Positions 31,356-41,289 of a DNA stretch of 64,000 bases are shown here, piece by piece. Within the stretch, counting starts at the first letter, position 1. Every line of letters starts with the position of its first letter. This DNA comes from Planctomycetota bacterium (GTDB lineage: Bacteria; Planctomycetota; B15-G4). The stretch is taken from assembly GCA_965248575.1 (NCBI GenBank), contig CBDFJQ010000002.1:4256001-4320000 (forward strand). The letters run 5' to 3'. Below the pieces are notes generated by a model. The model saw only the letters and a list, made by a program, of their open reading frames with translations. It made no database searches and was not told the DNA's origin. The position numbers and the translations under genes were made by a program.

Positions 31356-32861
31356 CTAGTCGAGCACGATGATGGATCCCGTGGTGGAGATGCGGGCCAG
31401 CGCCGGGTCGAACTCGAAGTCGGTGGCACCGGCATTCAGCCCCACCGAGCCGTAGTCCAGGGCCACTGGCAAGCCGATGCTGCAGACCGGGGACAGTCCC
31501 GCCAGGGAGAATTGGGTGGTGGCTGCCCAATGCCCGGCGATGCCGTAGCTGCCAACGGGGAAGCCCGTGGGGTCCAGATCGGGCTTGGCAATGGACGTGT
31601 CGTGGATGAAGGTGCTTAGGAACCCTAGCGTGATGGGTTGAGGCCAGGTCGCGACGGGTTGGATGCAGAGTGGGAAGCGCTGGATCGGTGGGCCGACGAT
31701 CGCGCTCGTGAGGGTCGCGGGGTCGATGCCCAGCACACCGGCCCAGTCCACCTCCACGGCCACCGTGCGCAGACTACCGGCGCTGCCCCCCAGAACCTCG
31801 TTGTCCCACTCCTGGAAGCCGAAGGTCGGCGTGAAGGCACCGGGGCTTTGGTTGGGCGTGCCGAGGAACCCCAGGCTGCCGCCCAAGCCCGAGATGGACA
31901 CGCCGCCGTGCCGGCCGAGGTTACCGCCACCATTGGGGTTGCTCGGACCGATGGGACCGTACGACGACGTCGAGTAGTACGGGCCGGAGCCGTTGATGCC
32001 GACTGGGGCGAGGACCTCGTGCAGCACCGGGTCGCGGGAGGTGGCGTAGAAGTCGTACTCCACGTTGGAGAAGAAGGTCGTGACCAAGGTCAGGTCGCTG
32101 TCCGTGCCCACGGTGTTGCTCGAATAGGTGTTGAGTTCGTCCGTGGAGAGGGCCCAGTACTGATTGCCGAAGCTGGAGTTCGTGAGCCAGTGCCACCAGC
32201 CGTCCACGTGGTCGAGGGATTGCAGGGCGGAGGGGATCCAGGTGAACTCTATGATCCAGCACTCGTCTGCGGAAGGCAGTGGGATGGTGGCGCAGGCTGC
32301 GGCGATGACCTCCGCCGAACCGCCGTTGGAGGTGGGCAGCAGGCCGTTGTTGGGCAGCAGAAACTCGACGCCCACCGGGTTGCAGGGGATGGACACGCTG
32401 GCGAGCATGAAGTTGACGGACGACCCTGGCGGCGTGCTGTAGGGCAGGAAGCCGTTGGGGTCCACGCCGAACGGCACGCCGTTGGCGGCGCAGCCGGGCC
32501 GTGTGAACACGTCCTGCCGGTTGTTGTTCCGGCCCGTGAACTCCACGAAGAGGATAGCCGGGACGTCGAGGGAAACCGGCGCCGGGCCCTTCACGCAGGC
32601 CGACATGAAGAAGGACGTCTGGCGGTAGCCGAACTCACCCAAGGCCGTCTCGTAGTTGCCGCGCAGGTGGTTGCCGTCGATCCAGGTGCCGATGCCGTCG
32701 GAGGCCGGCTCCTGGTTGTCACCGGCGCCGACGCCAATGTAGGTGGCGTCCATGCCATTGCTGAACACGTGCCAGTTGCGGGCGCGTTGTGCCGAGAGAT
32801 TGGGCACAAGCAACGCGAGCAGTGCGAGGGTGAGGACGAGCCTGCGGCGATCGATCTGCAT
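31356..32861 (-). CDS. Hypothetical secreted protein
   Basis: Signal peptide MQIDRRRLVLTLALLALLVPNLSA; long Gly/Pro-rich ORF. Confidence 0.7.
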   Translation of the reverse strand: MQIDRRRLVLTLALLALLVPNLSAQRARNWHVFSNGMDATYIGVGAGDNQEPASDGIGTWIDGNHLRGNYETALGEFGYRQTSFFMSACVKGPAPVSLDVPAILFVEFTGRNNNRQDVFTRPGCAANGVPFGVDPNGFLPYSTPPGSSVNFMLASVSIPCNPVGVEFLLPNNGLLPTSNGGSAEVIAAACATIPLPSADECWIIEFTWIPSALQSLDHVDGWWHWLTNSSFGNQYWALSTDELNTYSSNTVGTDSDLTLVTTFFSNVEYDFYATSRDPVLHEVLAPVGINGSGPYYSTSSYGPIGPSNPNGGGNLGRHGGVSISGLGGSLGFLGTPNQSPGAFTPTFGFQEWDNEVLGGSAGSLRTVAVEVDWAGVLGIDPATLTSAIVGPPIQRFPLCIQPVATWPQPITLGFLSTFIHDTSIAKPDLDPTGFPVGSYGIAGHWAATTQFSLAGLSPVCSIGLPVALDYGSVGLNAGATDFEFDPALARISTTGSIIVLD

Positions 32862-33137
32862 GAACCCTGCTCCGACTGAGTGAGCGAAGGACGTCGCCCC
32901 CATCTGTCCCTGCCCTCCCGGAAGGTCTGGTGAAGTGACGCCTAGGGGGCCACGCTACCGGAGTTGGTTCGGAATGGTAGTTCCGATTTGCGCTGCGTCA
33001 GGAACCAGCCGGGTGAGTCGTTTGTCGGCAATGGTCACCGGTGAAGAGCAAGCGAGGGCAGGCCGAGCCACCAAGGGCTTGGTGTCCCAGGCGGCAGCAG
33101 TGACAATCGGGGCGACCACTGCCGCCTGGGACACCGT

Positions 33138-35663
33138 ATGAACCGATCGCTCGTTGGGACCGCTGTCATTTCCGCCCGCATCCCCCGCTGCCTGGGCCTG
33201 CTCTGCCTGCTGGGCCTGTTGAGTCTCGGCGGCTGCGCGGGTACCGGCGGCGGCGGATCTCCCCTCGCCTACGACGCCGCGCGCGCGGCGGCGCTGCGCG
33301 TGGCCGAGCCCTTCAGCATGGGCGGCGCCTGGAGCGGGCTGTTCATGAGCGGCGTGGAGTTCGTGAAAGTGGACCTGGAGCTTGAGGCGGAGCCAGCCTC
33401 CACGGGCGGTGAGGGGAGCGTTCAGGAGACCTTCCACGGCACCGCGACCTACACCACCTGGTTCGTCTCGGGGCCACCGGCGCGCGGGAGCCGCGTGTCC
33501 ACCTCCAGCGCCAAGGTGCGAGTGCTGCACCAGGCTGCCGCCGGCACCTTCACCGTCGAGCCGCAGGAGATCTTGACGGGTGGAGTCGGCAGCCACGCCC
33601 GGAGCTTCCGGTCGATACGCGGCGTGGTGGACCGGCGACACCACCGCTTGGCTGGCATCCACGGTGACAGCCTGCGCTCGTTCAGCCAGTGCTTCCGCTT
33701 CACTCGGCCCGAGGAGTTTGGGGCGACCGAGGCGGCGTACAGGCGCTTCGCCGGGCCTGGGCCCAAGATCCGCAGGTTGGCGGCGGGCACACCGCGCAAC
33801 TCGAGGGAGAACTTGCAGCTGCTTTTCGGTGGCGGCCCCGACAAGCCCGACCCCGTGACGGTACTCAAGTGGTCGCGGCGCCTGGCCAAGGACGTGGTGT
33901 CGCGCAATGGCCGCTCGTCCAATGCCGTCGGTGTGACGGGCTTCCAGCAGAACGAGCTCATGCTGCTCTTCGAGGATGCGCACTTTTCGCAGGCCTTTGG
34001 GGTGCCTTTCGACGGCCTCTCCGACAGCGCCATGGATGGTGTCTACGCGCTGCTGTTCCAGGACTTTCGCAACAGCGGCGACGCGGAGGAGAAGTCCGTC
34101 TCCAGCCTGGCGCAGAGGTTCAAGCGCTCGGACCTGGGTGCGCCGACCGGGGTGCACACGCTGCAGGCGGTGTTGAGCCTGCGCACGCTGCGGTACTGGT
34201 TGGACGAGCGCAGCGAACACCTGGCCGGGCTGCCCGCGGGTGAAGAGGGTTGGGCCATCGTGAAGGGCTTGGAGTCGGAGCTGGAGTCTCCCCTCGCGGG
34301 CCTGTTCTGGCGTCAGCAGATCGAGGTGGGAATCGAGACGGCGGACTTCGGTGCCAAGGCCCAGGCTGCTGCCGCCCTTGCCCGTGGCCTGGACCTGTTG
34401 GAGCAGGCACCGCTCACGCGCGAGACCCTGCGCACGCTCCAAGACTGGCCCTTCCGCAAGGCGGACGACATGCGCTGGTTGAGCACGGCAGATCGGCAGG
34501 CCCTCGGAGAGCGCAACCTCGCGCTCATGGATCGGATCCTGGACGAGTTGTTGGAACCCCATCGCGCGTCCATGCCGGCCTTGGGGGCATCAGGGGCAGA
34601 GAGCCCCCTGGACACGGCCCGGGCGGGGGCGCTCTGGCATGAGGACCTGCAGCTGGCCTTCCAGCGTTCCTGGAGCCGGCCGCCCTTGGAGCGCTTGCGG
34701 GAGCAGTTCCTCGCCGCACGGGCGCAGGTGTTGGTGGCGGCGCGGCAGGAGATGGTGGGCCAGGTTCGTGGGCTGAAGCTGACTCAGTTGCCTCTGCTGC
34801 AGGGCGCGTGGTTCAGCGTGCCGGGGGACGATGCCAGCGAGGCCTACGGGGCCGTGTTGGCGGCGGCCGAGCAGCGCCACGACACCATCGATGCCGCCAT
34901 CCGCGCCGCAGAGGACAGGGCCCGGGAGCTGGTGCGCGACAACCGGTCTCGGCCCCTGCCCTTCCTCGATGTGCGTCGCTACGACGTGCCGACCTTCCTC
35001 GAGTTCGCCTACTACGGTGACGCTCCCAACGTGAACAGCGAGGAGCTCATCGAGGCTTGGTTACGCGGGGATGCGCGGACGATGCTGGCCAAGGCAAACG
35101 TGTTGCAACACCTGCAGACGGCCTTCCGCATCTATCACGGCCTCTACCAGGAGCGCTACGGCAAGACCGAAGTGCAGCGCGTCGCGCGCCTGGAATCCCA
35201 CGGCGAAGATTGGCGTGCCATCGTCAGCACCTGGGTGGAGAAGGACGACTACGGCAACGTCATTGATCGCAACGAGCTGGGGGTGAGCACCTACGTGCGT
35301 GCCCAATACGGCGAGAAGTACATCGAGTGCGAGCAGACCGAGGGCAACCTGTGGGGGGCGCTGTTCCTGGGTGCCCTCGCCTCCGGGCAGGGCGATCAGG
35401 CTGCGGCCTCAGACGTGAAGGACATCTTCGCCCTCAGCGGGCTGAACCTGGATGGCGAGAGCCCTTCGTGGGGAGGCGGCCGTAGCGGGCCCGACGGCCT
35501 CAAGGCCAGTCGCAAAGACTACGGCAAGCTCTTCGCGCAATTCCTGGACGAACACCAGGAGGAGCGCATCGCGACGGTGCGCCACTTGGAGCGCAACCTC
35601 ATGGCCATGGTGTCGGGCAAGCCGTTGACCCGCCTTGAGCGACTCGAAGTCGACGGGCTCTAG
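33138..35663 (+). CDS. Hypothetical lipoprotein
   Basis: 841-aa ORF with a lipobox-like LSLGGC after a hydrophobic stretch. Confidence 0.7.
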   Translation: MNRSLVGTAVISARIPRCLGLLCLLGLLSLGGCAGTGGGGSPLAYDAARAAALRVAEPFSMGGAWSGLFMSGVEFVKVDLELEAEPASTGGEGSVQETFHGTATYTTWFVSGPPARGSRVSTSSAKVRVLHQAAAGTFTVEPQEILTGGVGSHARSFRSIRGVVDRRHHRLAGIHGDSLRSFSQCFRFTRPEEFGATEAAYRRFAGPGPKIRRLAAGTPRNSRENLQLLFGGGPDKPDPVTVLKWSRRLAKDVVSRNGRSSNAVGVTGFQQNELMLLFEDAHFSQAFGVPFDGLSDSAMDGVYALLFQDFRNSGDAEEKSVSSLAQRFKRSDLGAPTGVHTLQAVLSLRTLRYWLDERSEHLAGLPAGEEGWAIVKGLESELESPLAGLFWRQQIEVGIETADFGAKAQAAAALARGLDLLEQAPLTRETLRTLQDWPFRKADDMRWLSTADRQALGERNLALMDRILDELLEPHRASMPALGASGAESPLDTARAGALWHEDLQLAFQRSWSRPPLERLREQFLAARAQVLVAARQEMVGQVRGLKLTQLPLLQGAWFSVPGDDASEAYGAVLAAAEQRHDTIDAAIRAAEDRARELVRDNRSRPLPFLDVRRYDVPTFLEFAYYGDAPNVNSEELIEAWLRGDARTMLAKANVLQHLQTAFRIYHGLYQERYGKTEVQRVARLESHGEDWRAIVSTWVEKDDYGNVIDRNELGVSTYVRAQYGEKYIECEQTEGNLWGALFLGALASGQGDQAAASDVKDIFALSGLNLDGESPSWGGGRSGPDGLKASRKDYGKLFAQFLDEHQEERIATVRHLERNLMAMVSGKPLTRLERLEVDGL

Positions 35664-36436
35664 GGTGTCGTGAGCTGCACGCCGTTGGTCAACGCGATGC
35701 CGCCGCTCAGCGTGGGGTCGGCTACCAGGAACTGAACCGTGGCTTGCAAGCCACTCGGGATTCCAACCGGCCACGTGCTGGCGAGGTTCACATCACCCGT
35801 TGCGTCGGTGGCGATGAGGACCTGCGTGTTGAACGGGAAGGCATGAACCGTTCCGGAAAAGAACGGGAAGGGAACCGGTGCGAAGGACAGCCAAGCGACA
35901 CCCGGTTGATTGACGGGGAGGTTGAAAGCGTCCAAGCTGACCGTCGAGCCTGGCGTCAGGGTGCCGCCGCCGGTCAGCACTGCTTCCGGTTGACCGAAGG
36001 CGCCGCCGAGGTCCTCGAACTGCAGGTGGATCTGGCCGCGGATCTCGCCGTCCGGGAAGGCATCAGTCAAGACGTTCACGTACAACTTGCCGTCCAGGAG
36101 GGCTTGCGCGTTGGTGGACGACAAGATGGTCAAGCCCTTGCTCGGGCTCCCTGTGCTGACGTGCCCCGGTGACAACAAGTAGATGAAATCGCCGGCGGCT
36201 CCTGGGTCCCCGACCTCGAGAAACGCCGCGACGGAAGTTGCCGTCCAGTTGATGTCCCAGCTCAGGAGTCCGGTCTGCGAATTCAACGTCATGAATCCCG
36301 TTCCGGTTTCCAGCGATGGGTTGGGTGGCACTTGTTGCGCGCCGTCCAGGGGGAAGGAGCCATGGAGGATCTGGGCGTCTACGGCGGGGGCAACAGCCAA
36401 CATGGTCAGCAGGCTTGCATGTACGAGCAGTCGCAT
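35660..36436 (-). CDS. Secreted CHRD-domain protein with the shared C-terminal domain
   Basis: LDGAQQVPPNPS, GKLYVNV, FPDGEIRGQI; ends IALTNGVQLTTP. Confidence 0.85.
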   Translation of the reverse strand: MRLLVHASLLTMLAVAPAVDAQILHGSFPLDGAQQVPPNPSLETGTGFMTLNSQTGLLSWDINWTATSVAAFLEVGDPGAAGDFIYLLSPGHVSTGSPSKGLTILSSTNAQALLDGKLYVNVLTDAFPDGEIRGQIHLQFEDLGGAFGQPEAVLTGGGTLTPGSTVSLDAFNLPVNQPGVAWLSFAPVPFPFFSGTVHAFPFNTQVLIATDATGDVNLASTWPVGIPSGLQATVQFLVADPTLSGGIALTNGVQLTTP

Positions 36437-36610
36437 GAGTCTCAGTCCCAGAGGGTGGGTGTGACGGAAGGGTCGTGACGCGCTTTCTACCCGCGAACTC
36501 GAACCCAGCAACCAATGAAGAAAATGTGTCGCCGCAGAGCGGGCAGGGTGCCGCGAAAGCCAATCCCTTGCATGTCTTCTGTCTGGACGCATATTGCGCC
36601 AACTCTTGCG

Positions 36611-37006
36611 CTAGCCGCCGCGCTCCTCAGAGACGCCGAACACCAGGCCGTCGAGGTCGGCGTACTGGGCGATGCGCACGCCGTAGACTTCCGTCGGTTC
36701 GCGGACGCAGGGGACGCCGGCGTCGAGCATGCGTTGATGGAAGGCGTCGAGCTCGGGTGTGGTGAAGCCTGGGCGGCATTGGCCAGCGGCGCCGGGGATG
36801 GGCGGTGCCCCGTGTTCGTTGGAGCCGCTCGGCCCGGGGCCGTCATCGCTGTCGGGCACCGGGTGCAGAGCGAGTGTCGCACCGTCGATGTCGAACTCGG
36901 TCCAGCCCGGTGATTCGAACTTGAGCGGCAGGCCGAGCACGTCGCGGTAGAAGACGACGCTGCGGTTCATGTCGCTGACGAAGATGATGGGGAAGCTCAG
37001 CTTCAT
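36611..37006 (-). CDS. VOC/glyoxalase family protein
   Basis: IFVSDMNRSVVFYRDVLGL and ADLDG motifs. Confidence 0.88.
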   Translation of the reverse strand: MKLSFPIIFVSDMNRSVVFYRDVLGLPLKFESPGWTEFDIDGATLALHPVPDSDDGPGPSGSNEHGAPPIPGAAGQCRPGFTTPELDAFHQRMLDAGVPCVREPTEVYGVRIAQYADLDGLVFGVSEERGG

Positions 37007-37208
37007 GGCGCAGTTCCTGAGAGGGGCGTCTGGTGGGGCATGTGGGAAACGGTGGCGAGCGCAGGGCGCGGCGGTTGGTGCGGGGCGTGGTTCGGCGGAT
37101 GACGGCTGTGAGTGTACGACCTCGGGCGCCTCTTCGTCCGCTCTCGCTCTGCCTACCCCGCGCCGCCTCGCACTTCCCAGCGTCAACCAGAGTGATAGAG
37201 TCAGGCCC

Positions 37209-37700
37209 ATGCCTACCAAACTCGCCACTGTCGCAGAACTCCTCGCTGCCATGCCCGAGGACCGCCGCAAGATCGTCAAGGCCTTGCGCGCCGTGATCCG
37301 CAAGAACATCGACAAGCCGTTCAAGGAGTCCACGGAGGGTGGCGTGCTGTCGTACCACCTGCCTCACAAGGTCTACCCCTTTGGCTACCACTGCAACCCG
37401 GAGCAGCCGCTGCCGTTTGCCGGCGTGGCCAGCCAGAAGAATCACGTGGGCATCTACCTCTTCTGTGTGTACTGCGAGGATGACGGCCCCGATCAGTTTC
37501 GGGAGGAGTGGTTGGCCACGGGCAACAAGCTGAACATGGGCAAGTCCTGCGTGCGCGTGACCAAGCTGGAGAACATCCCGCTCGAGGTGGTGGGCCGCGC
37601 CATCAAGCGCATGACCGCCAAGAAGTTCGTCGCCGCCTATGAAGCCGGCTTGCCGGACTCGGTCAAGAAGAAGCGCGAGAAGCTGAAGACCGGGCGCTGA
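37209..37700 (+). CDS. DUF1801 (YdhG-like) protein
   Basis: YPFGYHCNPEQPLPFAGVASQKNH and LNMGKSCVR motifs. Confidence 0.85.
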   Translation: MPTKLATVAELLAAMPEDRRKIVKALRAVIRKNIDKPFKESTEGGVLSYHLPHKVYPFGYHCNPEQPLPFAGVASQKNHVGIYLFCVYCEDDGPDQFREEWLATGNKLNMGKSCVRVTKLENIPLEVVGRAIKRMTAKKFVAAYEAGLPDSVKKKREKLKTGR

Positions 37701-37792
37701 GGTCTAGGAAGTGTGAGGGCATCCAGACCGTCCAAGCGCGCGAAGCCATCGCACGGGGGGTGAGTCAGCTGTCTCTCGCTTGGAAGCCCGCC

Positions 37793-38515
37793 ATGACCAC
37801 CTTCCATCGCTTGTCGGCCGTCGCGGCCTTGTGGATCTGTTCTGCATTCATCACGGCCGTTCAGGGCCAGGAGGTGCCTTCGGCGAGTTTCGTGCAGGGC
37901 AGCGAGGGCGAGATCGTGATCCTGCACCTGGATCAGCAGTTCGGTACGCCGATGGTCGACTTGCTCGCGCTCTTTGGGGACCTGCTCGACCTGCCCATTG
38001 CCTACCGCCACGAAGCTGTCGGGTCGCGGCGCGTGCACATCGTCGGGGAGCTGAAGATCCAGCGGAGGCAGCTGGCGCTGGCCTTTGAGGCCATCCTCCG
38101 CGCTTACGACTTTGGGATCCTCCGCGAGGCTGAGGCTGAACTGCTGACGGTTCGAGCCGTCGAATCGAACATACGGCGGGCTTTGGTCGGCGTGCCGCAC
38201 TCGTCACAGATCCTCATCCCGCTTTGTCGCCTCCATGAGAGCCTCGGCAAGGCCAACACTCTCTACAGCACGGTGTTTCCGCTGCAGCACGTGGATGCCG
38301 GTCTGCTCATGACAGCCTTCCGTTGCCCGGCGCTGTTCAACGGCGAGGCGGTCCGCAAGGTGAGGGGTTCCCAAGCGATCATGGTCACGGCCAACTCGCT
38401 GGGGGCCTTGCGCGAGATCCGCGACCTGGTCGAGCGCATGGATGTTGAGAGTTCTGGGCTGGCGCGGGTCGAGGCGCTACCCGTGACCTCACCGGCGGCG
38501 GCATCGGGAGAGTAG
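37793..38515 (+). CDS. Secreted protein resembling secretin N-terminal (N0/N1) domains, with no secretin barrel
   Basis: Signal peptide; VDLLALFGDLL...AFEAILRAYDF; VFPLQHVDA...IRDLVERMD. Confidence 0.5.
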   Translation: MTTFHRLSAVAALWICSAFITAVQGQEVPSASFVQGSEGEIVILHLDQQFGTPMVDLLALFGDLLDLPIAYRHEAVGSRRVHIVGELKIQRRQLALAFEAILRAYDFGILREAEAELLTVRAVESNIRRALVGVPHSSQILIPLCRLHESLGKANTLYSTVFPLQHVDAGLLMTAFRCPALFNGEAVRKVRGSQAIMVTANSLGALREIRDLVERMDVESSGLARVEALPVTSPAAASGE

Positions 38516-38722
38516 GCGTCGGAACTAACAGGTGCGCCGCTCGGGTATCGGTTGAACGTCGGACAGTCTAGGGCGAGTCGCTCGCCAGTCCGTATGCCGC
38601 CGTGCTCAGGGCCTTGATCAGCTTGGAGGTCATCGTCACTACGTTGCTCAAGGACGATTCACGGCACGCACCCGTGTGAGGCCGGCACCCCGCGCGTGCG
38701 AAGTGCCGGCGAGTTCAGTGCG

Positions 38723-39391
38723 TCACGGAAGCAGGTTGGGGTCGAAAGGCAGCTTCTTCACGGGCACGGTCTTGCCCTTGACGGTGAATCCACCGCCGAT
38801 GAGGTTGTTCTCCTCATCACCACCATCGGTGATGGTGCCGCCCAGGCTCTTGAAGGAGGCTGATTTGAAGTCGCCTTGCTTGTCCGTCTTGGTCTTGAAG
38901 TCCGCCGTCCAGATTCCGTCCCAGCCCACGATGAAGGTGCCCTCGTCTGGGAAGACTCCTTCGGCGTCGTTGTCGAGGAAACGGGTGAGCGCAGGGGTCA
39001 TGTAGCGCTCGTCTTCACCGATGAGCGTGATTCCCGTCCCGATTCCGATGCCGCCGCCCTCATCAGGCACGACGAAGTTCGTGGGCACCCAGACGCCGGG
39101 GCTCTGCTCGTACATGAACAGCGGGATATAGGTGCCGCCCGTGAGGGAGCCTTCCTCGACCTGGGAGATCAAGAGCATGTACATGGTGAACTTCCGCTTT
39201 TCCTTGTCGACGTCGTTGTCAGCGAAGGAAACGTTGAGGCCCTTTCCGTTCACGGAAAGTTTGAACCACTGGCCATCGAGAAGCTGGGCTGAGGTGTCTT
39301 GCGCTGCACCCGTGCTGATCACGAAGGCCAGGGCTGCAAGCAGGACGCTGAGGCGAATGGATGCGAGTTGACGCAAGCAGGCGCGCGACAT
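38723..39391 (-). CDS. Hypothetical secreted protein, paralog of 59457-60068
   Basis: Shares WFK, DER, KTDKxG and ASFKSLGG...KLPFD motifs with the 59457 protein. Confidence 0.75.
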   Translation of the reverse strand: MSRACLRQLASIRLSVLLAALAFVISTGAAQDTSAQLLDGQWFKLSVNGKGLNVSFADNDVDKEKRKFTMYMLLISQVEEGSLTGGTYIPLFMYEQSPGVWVPTNFVVPDEGGGIGIGTGITLIGEDERYMTPALTRFLDNDAEGVFPDEGTFIVGWDGIWTADFKTKTDKQGDFKSASFKSLGGTITDGGDEENNLIGGGFTVKGKTVPVKKLPFDPNLLP

Positions 39392-39471
39392 GAAAGGGAT
39401 CTCCCGGTGTTCGGACTGGATTCACTCGGCGTCAGGTACGGGCTCCCGTCACCCCGCCGGAACGGGACAGT

Positions 39472-39681
39472 CTACCAGTCGGCGGTGTTCAGCCTGAGCG
39501 TCCCTCCGGCGGACCAGCGTGACAGACCGGCCGCCTGCTCGATCTCCAGGCTTCCCGTCAGCACGAAGAAGAACTCGTCCTCGTGTTCATGAGCGTGCCA
39601 AGGGTCCTCACCACCGAGAACACCGAGCCGTATGACGGAGTCGTTGACCTGGCAGAGAGTCTGGTTGCACCAGTCATCGGG
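39472..39681 (-). pseudogene. Cupin-domain gene remnant
   Basis: Frame reads WCNQTLCQVNDSVIRLGVLGGEDPWHAHEHEDEFFFVLTG; in-frame TGA immediately upstream and no in-frame start. Confidence 0.7.
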
Positions 39682-39753
39682 TCACCCATGCGTCCTGGCT
39701 CCACGGACTCGAAAGGCGCGCCTTAATCGGCTGCATGCTGAGCACAACCGGCG

Positions 39754-39816
39754 GCCGGATCGGAGTCGGGTTCAGTGGTGGCGCGCAGCGACGCCCGCTG
39801 CAAGCTCTTGTTAGGC
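39754..39816 (-). mobile_element. attC site with degenerate R' box (last in array 1)
   Basis: GCCTAAC-AAGAGCTTGCAGCGG...CCACTGAACC...GATCCGGC; canonical GTT is lost. Confidence 0.7.
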
Positions 39817-39879
39817 GGCGCTTCCTCGATGAGAGTGCCGAAGCCGCGCGTACACCATATTGTGGGCACTCTAGGTCGA

Positions 39880-40416
39880 CTAGAAGTCGACAAACCGCCA
39901 CAGCACAAGAGGCTCTTTCTCTCCGCGCAGGAACACATTGGCACGGAGATTAAACTGCCCCCACGCGAGGAACTTGAGCTCGAATGAGCTCTCTCTCTGT
40001 TCGGCGACCCTAACCCTTCGATGATAGGACGGATGCAGGACGTACTCGACCCGCTCGATGCGGTCCTCAAGTTGTTGCGTGTCGGTATAGACTCGAACGG
40101 AAATCTCGAAATCGCGTTTGCCTTGGGCGGTCCGCGCGAAGCGCGCCTCATGAACAAGATAGAACTGCTGGGCCAAGGAAGAGGCTGGGGATTTTGCCTC
40201 GGCCGTCTCCAGCTCGGTTTCGGACGATGCGGAGGACAGGACCGGAGCCTTGCCCACCGATAGACCGCTCGGCCCGAAGCTCATCTCCGCACCAGCATCA
40301 ATTCGTCGCGCCACAGCGGACGCGATCTCGCGCACCTTGCTCCAGAATACTACGATGAGGACCCCTAGGAAGGCCGGCCAGATCAACGCTTGTAGAAGGG
40401 GAATCCAATCTTCCAT
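39880..40416 (-). CDS. Gene cassette: N-terminal TM helix plus prokaryotic YEATS (pYEATS)-like domain
   Basis: IERVEYVLHPSY...FELKFLAWGQFNLRANV matches the YEATS pattern; bounded by attC sites. Confidence 0.75.
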   Translation of the reverse strand: MEDWIPLLQALIWPAFLGVLIVVFWSKVREIASAVARRIDAGAEMSFGPSGLSVGKAPVLSSASSETELETAEAKSPASSLAQQFYLVHEARFARTAQGKRDFEISVRVYTDTQQLEDRIERVEYVLHPSYHRRVRVAEQRESSFELKFLAWGQFNLRANVFLRGEKEPLVLWRFVDF

Positions 40417-40442
40417 GGGCCTACTCCGAGAAACGCAACGCC

Positions 40443-40508
40443 GCCTAACGAGTGCTCATTCAGCTGCGGGCTGCGTAGCAGACCGTCTGCTGCAATGAGT
40501 AGTTAGCC
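40443..40508 (-). mobile_element. attC site (66 bp)
   Basis: GGCTAAC...GTTAGGC ends; arms CTCATTGCAGC / GCTGAATGAG pair with one extrahelical base. Confidence 0.9.
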
Positions 40509-40579
40509 GGGCGGGTGTCGGCCGGCTGTTTGAAACGCCAGTTGGGGAGCCGTGTGGATAGACGGAGGCGCCCGCTCCG

Positions 40580-40975
40580 CTACTTGAAGGTTTGCGTCTT
40601 TAGGAGCTCGCCCGCCTCATCATAAACCTTCCAGGTGCCCCTCTTCTTGCCGTGTTCGAAGCGACCTTCGTCCCAGAGTTGTCCATTGGCATGGAATCGC
40701 TTCCATGCACCGTGCTTCTGCTCTTCATCGTCGAAGCCACCCGTCCCCCGCGGTTCGCCAGTCTTGAAGAACCATTTCCACCGACCAACGATCTTTCCGG
40801 CTTTGAAGCTGCCGGAGGACTGCATCTGGCCATTGTTCAGAAAGTACTTCCACTTTCCTGATTTCTTACCGTTGTCGAACTCACCCTGGCAAGAGACAAG
40901 GCCATTCTTGAAGTACAGCTTGAAGGGGCCGTTTTTGAGATTTCCGTCTCCATCGATTCCAGGGATGTCTTTCAT
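40580..40975 (-). CDS. Gene cassette: MORN-variant repeat (YwqK-like) protein
   Basis: Repeated GxWKxYxxNG units; more AT-rich than flanking core genes. Confidence 0.85.
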   Translation of the reverse strand: MKDIPGIDGDGNLKNGPFKLYFKNGLVSCQGEFDNGKKSGKWKYFLNNGQMQSSGSFKAGKIVGRWKWFFKTGEPRGTGGFDDEEQKHGAWKRFHANGQLWDEGRFEHGKKRGTWKVYDEAGELLKTQTFK

Positions 40976-41210
40976 TGGGTCTCGCTCCTGGTTGGTACAT
41001 CTGTTGGGGTGGAGAGGCCTGCTGATGGGCGCGATTGACTGAAGTCGCGCTCCAGCCTGCTTGTTCGTGTGGCGTCGGTGAATTGCTTGCCGACCGACAA
41101 ACGGAGTGCAAAGTCACCGCATGGAGTCTGAATGCGGCATGGTTTGAATTCGCTATCCAAGCTGGTCGTCAGTTCAAACAGCGGTGACATGATTCCAGTT
41201 TCCATTCTCC

Positions 41211-41276
41211 GGCTAACGCCCTGGTGTTCACCTGCGGTGCGCGAAGCGCGCTATCGGGTGCAACGCCTTGTTAGGC
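41211..41276 (-). mobile_element. attC site (66 bp)
   Basis: GCCTAACAAGGCGTTGCACCCG...CAGGTGAACACCAGGGCGTTAGCC imperfect inverted repeat. Confidence 0.9.
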
Positions 41277-41289
41277 CGCTGCACATTCT

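Noticed and set aside
38523..38557. AACTAAC...GTTGAAC as a plus-strand attC after the 37793 gene
   Set aside because: About 35 bp, too short, and no paired L boxes.
40972..41205. 77-aa ORF as a toxin partner of the YwqK-like gene
   Set aside because: No toxin motif, and it reads through an attC-like relic; more likely a cassette remnant.
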